A DNA stretch of 64,000 nt, from NCBI GenBank assembly GCA_051362555.1, contig CM120640.1:47842788-47906787 (forward strand), written 5' to 3'. This document shows, piece after piece, positions 1-12,040 of this stretch. Made by a program: the position numbers and the translations under genes. The notes beneath the pieces are model-generated. The model did not search any database. It had not been told where the DNA came from and worked only from the letters and a program-made list of their open reading frames with translations. The first letter of the stretch is position 1. Each line of letters starts with the position of its first letter. This DNA is from Lingula anatina. Its lineage: Eukaryota > Animalia > Brachiopoda.

Positions 1-1948
1 TGGTAACTCCAAAATTATAACATCTAGTCCCTTATATCTCCAAAACTGGCAGAGATAGGTCCATAGTTACTATTGAAGTTGAATAGGAAGTCATATACTG
101 GCAATCTTACTATGACCTTGAAATTGACCTTTGACCTACTTTTCACCATGAACTGAACTTTGCAAATTTTTCTTCCCTTTTATCTCCAAAACTGGCAGAG
201 ATAGGTCCATAGTTACTATTGAACTTGAATAGGAAGTCATATACTGGCAATCTAAATGTGACCTTTAAATTGACCTTTGACCTACTTTACACCATGAACT
301 GAATTTTGCAAATTTTGCTTTCCTTTTATCTCCAAAACTGGCTGAAATAGGTCCGTAGTTACTATTGAACTTGAATAGGAAGTCATATACTGGCAATCTA
401 AATGTGACCTTAAAATTGACCTTTGACCTACTTTTCACCATAAACTGAACTTTGCAAATTTTGCTTCCCTTTTATCTCCAAAACTGGCAGAGATAGGTCC
501 ATAGTTACTATTGAGCTTGAATAGGAAGTCATATACTGGCAATCTAAATGTGACCTTGAAATTGACCTTTGACCTACTTTTCACCATGAACTGAACTTTG
601 CAAACTTTTCTTCCCTTTTATCTCCAAAACTGGCTGAGATAGGTCCATAGTTACTATTGAACTTGAATAGGAAGTCATATACTGGCAATCTAAATGTGAC
701 CTTTAAATTGACCTTTGACCTACTTTACACCATGAATTGAATTTAGCAAATTTTGCTTTCCTTTTATCTCCAAAACTGGCTGAGATAGGTCCGTAGTTAC
801 TATTGAACTTGAATAGGAAGTCATATACTGGCAATCTAAATGTGACCTTAAAATTGACCTTTGACCTACTTTTCACCATAAACTGAACTTTGCAAATTTT
901 TCTTCCCTTTTATCTCCAAAACTGGCAGAGATAGGTCCATAGTTACTATTGAACTTGAATAGGAAGTCATATACTGGCAATCTAAATGTGACCTTGAAAT
1001 TGACCTTTGACCTACTTTTCACCATGAACTGAACTTTGCAAACTTTTCTTCCCTTTTATCTCCAAAACTGGCTGAGATAGGTCCATAGTTACTATTGAAC
1101 TTGAATAGGAAGTCATATACTGGCAATCTAAATGTGACCTTTAAATTGACCTTTGACCTACTTTACACCATGAACTGAATTTTGCAAATTTTGCTTTCCT
1201 TTTATCTCCAAAACTGGCTGAGATAGGTCCGTAGTTACTATTGAACTTGAATAGGAAGTCATATACTGGCATTATAAATGTGACATTAAAATTGACCTTT
1301 GACCTACTTTTCACCATAAACTGAACTTTGCAAATTTTGCTTCCCTTTTATCTCCAAAACTGGCAGAGATAGGTCCATAGTTACTATTGAACTTGAATAG
1401 AAAGTCATATACTGGCAATTTAAATGTGACCTTGAAATTGACCTTTGACCTACTTTTCACCATGAACTGAATTTTGCAAATTTTGCTTCCTTTTATCTCC
1501 AAAACTGGCTGAGATAGGTCCATAGTTACTATTGAACTTGAATAGAAAGTCCTATACTGGCAATCTAAGTGTGACCTTGAAATTGACCTTTGACCTACTT
1601 TTTATCATGAACTGAACTCTGCTAATTTCTTTCTCTTTTAACTTCAAACTTGACAGAGATAGGTCCATAGTTACTCTTGAACTTGAATAGGAAGTCATAT
1701 ACTGGCAATTTACTGTGACCTTGAAATTGACCCTTGACCTACCTTACGAAGAACTTAAATTTGATTGTACCATATATATTTTTTGCAATAGTTTAAAAAT
1801 TCTTGTTGATTGCATTTTTACAGCTTGTCAAGCACAAAACTGGCGGCTGTGTCCCTTATTTTGTGTATGTGGGGGTCTATACGAATGCGTTTGCTCCAGC
1901 TGGTGGTACAATATTTGGAGGCGGTATCGCCTCTCTGATCCTCTAGTT
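1..1948 (+). mobile_element. Non-autonomous Helentron/Helitron2-type element (HINE family 1), 3' portion, in a HEATR1 intron
   Basis: The 3' end has a subterminal repeat GCTGGTGGTACAATA (1899-1913), a hairpin GAGGCG-GTAT-CGCCTC (1918-1933), then CTAG-TT (1943-1948). It contains a tandem array. Bases 1-40 are the reverse complement of about 25721-25761, so the element continues off the left edge. Confidence 0.8.
30..1745. repeat. 146-bp tandem repeat array (~12 monomers) with a 438-bp trimeric higher-order period
   Basis: The motif GATAGGTCCATAGTTACTATTGAA recurs every 146 bp. The diagnostic variant GTCCGTAG is at 351, 789 and 1227. The last monomers are degenerate. Confidence 0.97.
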
Positions 1949-2111
1949 TTATAATAGAACTATTGGGGACGGGGGAGAGTAAACGGTCTGTAGGAAACAT
2001 TGCCGACATTATAAGACAAATTATATATGAAATATGTTAACCTAAAGAAGTGTAAGAGATCAGGAATTGGGATGTTTGTTCCTATAAAATGTCTGATATT
2101 TTTCCCTCCAG

Positions 2112-5100
2112 ATACTGCTACAACTTCAAAAACAAGAACACCCAGAAACGTGACGAAGAAGAAGACAAAGAATGAATTGTTTGACACAGAGACCCACACT
2201 GCTAAACAACTGCGACATTTCAAGTACACTTTAGCAAACTTTATCAGTGTATTGCTCTCTAGTGAGACGTTTATCAGCCAGGTACCTTTTTTTCACTGCA
2301 GAATTAAAATGCATTTAAAATTATTTATATTTTATCTTTTTTAATTTAAAAGTTGAATGTGTTTTAAAGTATTAAATAAATATATTACCTCGATTGTAAG
2401 GAATGAGATGGAAAAGACATTCAAAAAAATTATTTACCTATTTTTCTTTTAAATGCATATTTTAAATGTTTTAAGATGAAGATAGATTAAAATTTTTATG
2501 CCAGCATGTATAGCTTGTGAAATCATACAACAGAGATGATGACCTCCTTGAGAGTTTTATTATGGAAGTTTTTTACCTTCATAGCTTGTGGAATTAGAGG
2601 AGACAGATGTGACCTCCATGCAACCTCTGTATCAGACTCTTCTAGAAGAAGACTTGAGGTACATCACTCAGGTTGCCCACTGTCTGGAAGCACACACACA
2701 CAGCAATACTGCCAAGTTCTGGAGAGCTTTGTTGCACAAGGGATATGATATATTGGAAAAGGTGCATATTTTCACCACTTTAACGTGGTTGTACCATTCC
2801 AGTATATTGATGGAGATCCTCAGATGTATTGACTAAAACAAACAATATTTTTCTACTACTTTATGAACACACACCAACAAGTTAAAAACTCAGAAATAAT
2901 CAATGAATATATTTTTGAAACCTCATATTTCTTCACTTGGATTAAGTCGAATGGAGGATTAATGACATCTGTTACATGCACTTTGCATAGAGATACAATT
3001 TTATAGCAATTTGAAAGGATAAAGGCACTATTTGTCTCCAAATGAAACTATCATACAACTGAAGTCCCTTGTATGGTTAAGTGACATTTGTTGAAAAGAG
3101 ATTGTTAAATGGGACTATGAAATAATTTGATTATCTTTGTGCTGGAAAACAATCTAACAATTTTTTTATGTTCAGGTGAATGCACTGTTGCCAGGCAATG
3201 TTTTTGTTACCGTGGTGACTGGCTTGATGCAGAATGAGTTGGCCACAGTGAGGAGGAAGGCAATGGATATGCTGAATAACAAACTACAACAACAACAGAC
3301 TCCTTTTACACAAGAAGAGGTTTGTCAGTGTATTTCTCAGAAAATGAGGAAAATGTGGACAAAAAAATTATTATTCAAAAGCCTTGTTATAGATAACATT
3401 GTGAATAATAACTTTTAACTGTTGCACCTGCATATAGTATAACTGCTATTTGTAAACTTATTTATTTTGAGTAACATTCTTGGTCCTGTAAAGGTTTCAA
3501 AGATGGCATTTAAGTTTCCAACCATTACAACCATTGTTTAAGAAAATCTTATACCTTGTGTTGATGAACTTTCACAAAACAAATTTTGTAAGTTTTCTTT
3601 TTAAATTAGTTTGCAATACTATCTGTTGTCTACCTTTAGCAATCTGCACTGCTCAACCTTATTGACAAGCTGGTGTCAGTTGCCGCAGCAACTAATTTGA
3701 CAGACAGTGATGGTGGAGAGGAGCAAGCTGTGAACCGTCAGACTGCCCTCTATAGCCTAAAGTTACTCTGCAAATGCCTAGGCAAGAACAGTCCAGCAGC
3801 ATTTACAAAGGTAGAAGTGGGATTTCTTTGGTAGTCTGCCATCAGTCAGATTTTGATTATCTTTGTGTGATTATCTTTCAACAGCTGGTTTAGTGATTCA
3901 CTTAAACTGCAGTTTCAGAATAAAATTGACTCCAAAGGCAAGGCTCTGATCACACTGTTATGTATTCTATAAATTGTAATCTTTATTCTGAAAAAAACAA
4001 TTCATTGGGTAATTTAGATTAGTATTAATTGTATATTTGTTCTCTTGTAACAGTGACCATAATGCTCACGCAATATCTCCTCTTTCTATACCAGCTTTTT
4101 GTTTTGAGCACCACCATCTTTCTGGAGTCTGGTGCCAGCACTGCGTCTCCCGTGTCTGCCAGTGCTTTGCTGTTGCTGGCAGAGTTGTGTAGTGTGCTGA
4201 AAGCCCATGCCATCCCATTCCTTCCACGCTTCATGCCTGGCTTACTCAAGGTGCTACAGAATGAAGAAAACCTTTTAAGGTGAGTGGAATTGTAAATTAT
4301 ACTGTATGCAGTTGTATTTATGGAGATTTGTATCATACAGGATGTAATCTTTCATCTTTGTTTCACAAGGTTGTATATATTATATTGTGACACAATCTGA
4401 AAAAATTATATTTTTTAGCTGTTAAATATTTTTTACTTCTTGCATTATTTTGAATTTTTCATATGTTTGAAAAAGAGGGAACGTGTCACATTTTCTGTCT
4501 TAAATTGGGTTTTGAGCAATACTATTTGTCAGCTTCAGCTGGTTCATATATTAACTTTGCCAAAAATCCCTCTTAAAACATATTAAATATGTTGGTAATT
4601 TATCCCCTGTACTGTGTTACCTGCCAGCAATGACCTGCTGCTGCTGAGTGCAGTGACCACACTCCACAAGGTGGTGGAGAGCCTGCCACATTTTCTCAGT
4701 CCATACCTGGAAGAGGTGCTGCTCAGGGTGGTCCAGCTGTCCTGCTTAGAGTCTGAAGACCATCACAAGTCCCAGCTGCATCTGAGACTGAGAGCTGTCA
4801 GGTGTGTTGCTATATGATATAAAACTGACTTTATTAGTATAAGATATATTAAAATATATTGATAAAATGATGTTTTAACTGTTAAAAATGCTTTGTCTAA
4901 TTTTTGTTGTACTGTATGTAGGCATAAAAGACCAAAATTCTGGCATTCATGCTCTGTTAAGTGGTAGTTCCTTACATGTTGCCTCATATCTTCAGTTCTA
5001 TTCTCATATAAAATTCTGTGCCTCATACAGAAAAAGTGATTTGTACATGTTGTTATTCTAGGCACAATCTGTCCACAGTTATAGCCCCCAGAGTGCTGCT

Positions 5101-8100
5101 GCCAGCTGTAACCCACTGCTATGATGGTGTGGTGCAGCAGCAGAAGGTGAGGATGTGAACTCGAACAGAAATAACCTGAATGAGAAGTCATGCAGATAAG
5201 AGTTTTAAAAAACTTAACAATTCTTTGTTTTCTTGGTAATGCATGTTGCTTGTATGAATGGATTCTGTATCCATACCATGTTAGAACACTGATATGTTGA
5301 TATAAACATACACATTTAATTACATTTTAAATAAGGTTATATAAAATATATTAATTTTTATAAATTGTGTCAAATTAGGTCAAATTAATATGTATACTGT
5401 CACGGATAGACTTTGATGATTGTTGACAATGTTTAACTTCATCTTCATTCCAGTCTTGTATCATCCCCTTGATGTCCATCATGGAGGGTCATTTGTCCAG
5501 CATGAGTAAAGATGACCTGAATAGCCACCACAACCAGATTGTTACCTTCTTCCTCACTGCTCTGGATTTCAGAATGAATAACCAGAATGTATGCGCATAA
5601 CAGATTTTTTGTTTCTGATTACTATTTCCTGTGTTATTTTGTTTTGGTGTCCAATTACAATCTTCATTTTATTCAAGAGCCTGTTATGTTTCTTGATGTA
5701 AAAAAATTAATAGTAATGAATTGCAGGATTCAAAAACTTAATTTATCTAGAAAAAGACTTAATAAACCCTAGTTAACACTGGCCTTCCACAGTGTGTGAC
5801 ATAATAGGAACATAATGATAGCAAGGCACAGGCAAGATCTAATGTGCTCTTGTATGTCACATACAGTGGACAAGGAGTATTTGTAACTGACTTATCCTTT
5901 TGTCCAAAAGCATGGGCCACAGGTTTTGTCTGAAATAATCTGAAACATTTGTAGTACATTGAATATAAAGTTTGATATCAGTCTGCATGTTTTTTTAAAA
6001 TGAAATGGCTAGACTCGGAAAAGCAAAATGTTTATTCTTTCAGTTGCCAATGCTAGACATCCTTAAAATAGAAGAGTGTGTGATAAAACCAGTGATTGCT
6101 ATGATAATGAGACTATCAGAGGCAACATTCAGGCCTATGTTTTTCAAGGTATGTTGGAGTTGATAGACCTTAAATATAATACAACATAAATAAAACAACA
6201 AATTTTTATCATGTATGCAGTTTGAAGGATAAACAGATATGTGAGTTTCAGATCTCTCTAACTGCGAATATCTGCTTAGTTTAAAATGCCAACTCCTTTA
6301 TTTTAATAGCTGTTTGACTGGGCTACCAGGCTTGAGACAACTAAAGACAGGTTGATCACATTCTATAGGTTGGGAAACGGGTAAGTTCTTATTATTCATG
6401 TCTTATTTTAAGTCTTCTACAAATGTTTGTCTTATGTTTTCACATTTTAATATGAGTCTGTGCAATGCAAAAAGTTGGAATTTTAATTGGCAGATGAATT
6501 TTGTAGTGCTCTCTTTTTTATTTCCTACAGCATCTCAGAGAAATTGAAGGGATTGTTCTCACTCTTTGCTGGACACATTGTGAAGAACTCTGCCAACATA
6601 TTGAATGACAATAACACCTATAAAACAGGTAAAACCAGGGAATATTTTTTTATTCATTTTTTTTTTTTTTTTTAATTACTGTTATTTTCATTAAAACCTA
6701 TTCAGATATTCTAGATATTTTCATGTTATTCCACAATTTACCTTTTAGGAAGAAACATTTGTTGTTTTTTTTTCTTGATAAATTGCAAAACCAGTCTGCA
6801 ATTTTTTTTCTAGCTGAGCCATATTTTGGTGAAGATCCCCGTGCTGAAGAGAAGGCGAGTCAGTTGTTACAGTATGTGCTGGACTGTCTCCACAAAATAT
6901 TCCTATATGATACAGACGGCTTTCTCAACAAGGAAAGGTTTGATACACTCATGCAGCCATTGGCAGACCAGGTAAGAGTTTGATTATGTACCTTGTTTTC
7001 TTCCTCTCCATCTTGTCTCCTGAGTCCTATTAACCAATTATTTGAATGCACCGCATTTTTATTTTATTTTATTTTTATTTTTTTTAGCCAACTTGCCGCA
7101 CCTTTGTAAAAAACTGAAAACTGATTACAAACTGTCCCTAATTTTCTTATATTCCCTTTAATCTTTTTGCTTATTTTTGTTATTGAGCTTTATGTCTGTA
7201 AATATGCCTTTCTTGCTTTTAGTCATAGAAAAATTCACCCACTTAGTTTTCCTAATATTGGGGGAAATGAACGTTGTTTATTGAACATATATTCATATTA
7301 TATCATTTTCAACTGTTGCAGCTTGAAAATCTTCAAGGAGGTGAGGGTTGCTATGAGTCCAGAGTTAACGACCACTTGGTGCCGTGTATCGCCCAGTTCG
7401 CCATTGCAGCTGGGGATGATGGGATGTGGAAACCTCTGAACTATCAAGTTTTGTTGAAGACTAGGAATATCTCAGCAAAGGTTAATGTGTGGACTTGTTT
7501 TGGAAATGTCTAAAATGCCTATCAGTGGTTTTTGATTACAAGTTCTGAAACAGACCTTAATATATACTGATTTTGTCAAAACTGCAAGTTTTACTTTTAT
7601 GATTACTGAACCCTTATGTCACTATACTACTGCTACTATGCTTCTATTATATGTTGCATTCACCTACAATTGCATGGTTTATAGGGTATTAGAGGTTTTA
7701 TTTAAACGAAGACATTTCTTTTTAGGTTCGTTTTGCAGCTTTGAGGGTGATAGAAGAGTTCAATACCAAACTGGGAGAGGAATATATGACACTACTTCCA
7801 GAGACTATCCCCTTCCTAGCTGAACTCATGGAAGGTAAGGATTTCATACACTGCATATGGTATATTGGGATGAATTTCAAACACGTTTTGGTATATGAAG
7901 ACCCAAATTAGAGTGAGTCATGATGCAGGTGCTTTTGTAAACAGCTCTTCAACATGTCTCATCAATAGTTTATTTGGAAAATAAACATTCCTTTAAATTG
8001 AAATTGGAAAGAATCTTTTTCTATTTTAGCCATTTGTAATTATGAAATTATTTTGGGGCTTGAAACCTTTTTCTGAAATCATTGCATTATGATTGATTCA

Positions 8101-8375
8101 TGAAAAAAAAATGAAATGCAACATTGACTTCGCCATGGCAAGAAGAGATTGTATCAAGTTAAATCATGAACAATTTTTACCACTTCAAAGATCTTCAAAC
8201 AAAATACAATTCCCACCATCTTTGATATAATTTTCCCATATAATTGATAATGTAAGAGGTTAAACTTAAAATTTTACTAATTCCAGATGAATCAGAAGAA
8301 GTAGAACACAAGTGCCAAGAAGTCGTAACACAGATGGAAAAGGTTCTTGGGGAACCTATACAGAAATACTTTTAA
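2112..8375 (+). CDS. HEATR1: HEAT repeat-containing protein 1 (UTP10/BAP28), last 15 coding exons; 5' part lies outside the window
   Basis: GT-AG exons 2112-2281, 2585-2761, 3176-3319, 3640-3810, 4095-4279, 4628-4801, 5062-5146, 5454-5588, 6044-6148, 6310-6380, 6531-6628, 6814-6971, 7322-7480, 7726-7834 and 8287-8375 join in frame. Peptides THTAKQLRHFK, RLSEATFRPMFFKLFDWA, EKLKGLFSLFAGH, WKPLNYQVLLKTR, LLPETIPFLAELMEDESEEVE and LGEPIQKYF* match the HEATR1 C-terminus. Confidence 0.96.
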
Positions 8376-8528
8376 GCCAAACCAGAATTTGATGTAACAT
8401 GATTGTCAGATTTCCAGTGCACATTTTAATACATTGCATGAATACCTGACATTTTTCTATCCACTTTTATTATATGTGTTCCAAAAAATTAACAAAAATA
8501 GTTTTCATTATGATATCCATTAAAATAC

Positions 8529-8534
8529 AATAAA
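8529..8534 (+). promoter_or_regulatory. Putative polyadenylation signal of HEATR1
   Basis: AATAAA about 155 nt after the stop codon, followed by T-rich sequence. Confidence 0.55.
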
Positions 8535-9048
8535 GTTTCCAAAAACGTAATTTTTTTATACAGAATTGAATTAGTTTGCGTGCATTGACAAATGACCATT
8601 ATTTTCACGTGTCTAATTAATACGGATGTTAAAAAAAAAAGCAATGCTTACTTAATCCTTGCTACTCCTATAACATTTTAATGCAATATTCCAAAAACGG
8701 AATATGACCTGTTTCTGGTTCATATGTCAGTGCATCAGACATGCGTACATTTTGCTGGATGCATCATCCTGGTAATTAAAGCACCTTAATTATGCAGATT
8801 CGTAATAAGTAAATGTGGCTTCTGTATAAAACGTATAAAAATTGCAACAAAAATTCAACAGCTGCTGCATACAGTCGCATCTCATTGATCCTACCCTTAC
8901 GTTATCTCTCGTCGTTCTCTGTCAGCTCTACGGCTAAATTTCAATGATTCAAATCCAAATTAGTCAGAGACTGCACAGTACCGTATAAATGTGCTTTTCC
9001 TTTTAGTCGCGTTGTGACCACGAAAAAAAGTGAAAATTATATCTGTAA

Positions 9049-9271
9049 AGCCCCCTTTACACTGGACGGCGTCCTCTCTGCGTCCAGCAGTCCGACCCCA
9101 TTTGAGAGTTAAAAAATTATAATACTTTACGTGCCGGCAACTTGCTGTTCATTGAGCATTCATTCTGATACAAAATCCATGCTCGTGCCTCCTTATTAAG
9201 ACCACAGCGTTGCCAAATTTCATGGTCGCAGAGAGGACGCAGAAAGGACGCCGTCCAGTGTAAAGGGGGTA
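9049..9271. mobile_element. MITE, probably PIF/Harbinger-like
   Basis: Terminal inverted repeats of ~35 bp: CCCCCTTTACACTGGACGGCGTCCTCTCTGCGTCC / GGACGCAGAAAGGACGCCGTCCAGTGTAAAGGGGG. Flanked by TAA and TTA. No ORF. Confidence 0.8.
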
Positions 9272-9794
9272 TTACGCTCTTACAAATTCTGGAGTTCAAC
9301 GCTCCACAGACGACAACGGGACAAGGACAAATAATTGTAGGGGAAGAACAGTGCCGTCATGTAAGTGGTAAATACTGAGATATTCTTGTACTGAAATATA
9401 AAATAGCAATATACTCGTGGTTTTTACAGTTGCCATCGCGGGTATTACTTCTACTCCACCCCAAACTAACATGACAACCAATATATATTTTATTTATTTA
9501 TTTTTTTATTAATATCGCGATTTTGTAATACACGGGAAGGTAAGGGAACATATTCAAATAATCTAACACTGGTTTTACTATTTACTGTAATTGATCTATT
9601 ACGGGTTTATCCACCGCACGTCTTATGTAATACCTAGAGTCCATCAAACAAATTCATAGGTCCTGCCAAAAAGTGTGGCTGGAAAGCAAAATTAATATAT
9701 TTTTATTACTGGTGACAAACTGCCAACTGTTGTTATACCTATCGTCTGGACCTTTCTAATGACTCTATCATGCTGTGCCGAATTACCCTGGTTC

Positions 9795-10499
9795 TATGGT
9801 CTGGCAGTATCTGCTTGCTTACGATTTAACGCCTTCCTATCATTTGACTTTGGTCTTCCAAGCTCTGGCATTGGTCTACTAAGAAGTGCCTCGTTTGTTT
9901 GCGCTGGTTCTCGTTGGTTTACTTAAAGCACCCCTGCTTTATGGTGGTAGACAAGCACATACCATGAGTGTATATGAAGATTCCTGTCCCAACGCTGCCA
10001 CTCGTTTTAAGGAAAGAAATTTACCCTGATACTGGGATAGGTTATCCGTCTCTTTCTTGTCAACCGTTATGTCATGAAGTGAACTTCTCATGTACGCATG
10101 GGCGAGGATTAAATCCCATCTGTCTGAACGGGAAGAAAAGTTTTTGTTCTCCATCCCCCAATTAGATCCCCATCCCCTGGAGTCTGAAACTGTTCTGTGC
10201 ACAGCTGTTTGGATGGTCCCATTCAAGTTTCGATGCGACAATTTTCCATTTACTCATTTCCACAAACCGAGCTCCTGTGCATAACTGTCAAGCACTGAAC
10301 GCATCCCACTTAATCCATTCTGGACCGCGGGCAGTTTCTCCTTGTTCTCCACTAAATATGCCATCCCAAGTGTCCCGAGGATGGCCAGCAAAAGGAGTAC
10401 ATGAATGGTGATGGTCAGGCGGTAGCATCTGGACACCCTTCTGGACGACTCCTGGAAATTCTGTCGACGTTGGTTTAGAGTCATGGGTCGTTTCTTCAT
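9795..10499 (-). pseudogene. Decayed type II membrane protein (Golgi transferase-like N-terminus and stem)
   Basis: A basic tail is followed by the hydrophobic anchor TIHVLLLLAILGTLGMAYL. There is an in-frame TGA at 10254-10256, after which the same frame stays open to 9939. Further stops and frameshifts follow. A splice acceptor lies near 10622. No catalytic domain is visible. Confidence 0.4.
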
Positions 10500-12040
10500 T
10501 CTGTAATGGTTGAATAAGTACTATATTTGACTGCAGCATTTGACAAATAAAATGGGCCCTAATGGTTGTCATATACGCCTTGTGGTGAGCTTGACTTTAT
10601 AAAGGTTATCATATCAGTTATCCTGCATAGCGAGTACAAGGCTTAAAGCCCCGACGCAGATAACATAACACGTGTCGTTAATCAGTGTTGACGCCCGCTG
10701 ACGAAGCTCTGACTAGATAAATACCTACTCTACAAAACTCTACTTTCTAGAAAAAAATCTCTGACAACGTTTTGCACATAACATACCAGACGCAAAGCAA
10801 AGAGTATAAGATATTGAAAGGAACTGAATGCCCGACCCTTTGCCTCTATAACCCCTCCCTTTTTCTGGACCTAATTCCTGAACTACACGGACACTAAAAT
10901 ATAATTTTCTTAACTCGCCTTGGGGAGCGAAAGAACCGACCTCCCCAGTAACCCATTATTTTGAATTAACAAATTATAATGACAACCTCCTCGTATCCCG
11001 CATATCGTCTCAGGTTGGTTCAGGTCCAGAAGATGTCGCAAATACGGTAACCTATGTCCTTCTAGTTTAATATCGTGGACGCCTCAGATGTTTGCAGGTA
11101 TGAGGAGGTCATGTTACGTACTACTTCTAGAACATCAATTAAAGAAATACTTTTCACTGAACTTCTGATAATTTCCCAGGTATTTAATCAATATCGGTCA
11201 GTTTGAATGGTCACTAGCTGCCTGATCAACAAATATAATCGATAAAATGGCACACATCTTTACTTACGGGAGAAAATGTTTGAGCTCGATATTTGTTGTT
11301 CTACCGACCCATGTAACTTGATCGACATAGGCGAAAGATGGCAAGACTTGCTCAATGGCACTAAAGAGAAACGTCTTATGTTGTTCAATTTGTTCATCGA
11401 TTGCTCAATCCATCAATCTGTGAAGAAAATTAAAAAGAAATAACAATCTTACAGCACAGGAGAGTCATTTTAATCAATTAACCCGTCGAACAAATACATC
11501 TTTGTGGTTTAAAAATACGTTTGATTACTTCTAATAGTACTTAAGTTGCTGAGTGTTTCCACAGCCTAGTCAGCTCAGCAGTGTTGGTATACATTTATAA
11601 ATTATGATGGTTAGTGAACTTACTGTAAACACAATTGCGGCACCTGTAGGGGTAGTCTACATTCAAAATTTATTAAAACAAAACATTATAATGGATTTTG
11701 CTCGTTAATTAACATTACAAACATGCAGTGGGCGTTCCATCTACCTAACCTGCATTCCTCCTTAAAATAGTTATTTCCATATTATATTCGAGAGTTGAAG
11801 TAAAATAACGTACCTGTATTGGAAAATGAGTATGAGATTTAAGGGAACCAGAGCATAACGCCAGTCACTTGTAACAAGGGTCCTTCCAGTACGTCAGCTG
11901 AACTAAAACCCCACTTATCTATATAATGTGCATTATTCTCCGTCCTGCGAGCCGTGTTTGCGGACACTTGAGTGGGTTTTGCTGAGGAGCCCTACCTAAT
12001 ATGGTCTAACGTGGTAAACTTAGTTACCCTTCTTATAATA

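Noticed and set aside
30-1745. Regularly spaced repeats as a CRISPR array
   Set aside because: The whole 146-bp unit repeats with no unique spacers, the context is eukaryotic, and there are no cas genes.
3860-3958. Possible C/D snoRNA (GTGATTA...CTGA)
   Set aside because: Box C is non-canonical, the terminal stem overlaps the box, and I recognised no rRNA guide.
5761-5775. AAACCCTA as a telomerase RNA template
   Set aside because: It does not match the CTAACCCTAA template expected for TTAGGG and is too short to be significant.
10254-10256. Selenocysteine or programmed readthrough at the in-frame TGA
   Set aside because: It lies in a stem-like region with no redox motif, further stops and frameshifts follow, and I could not see a SECIS.
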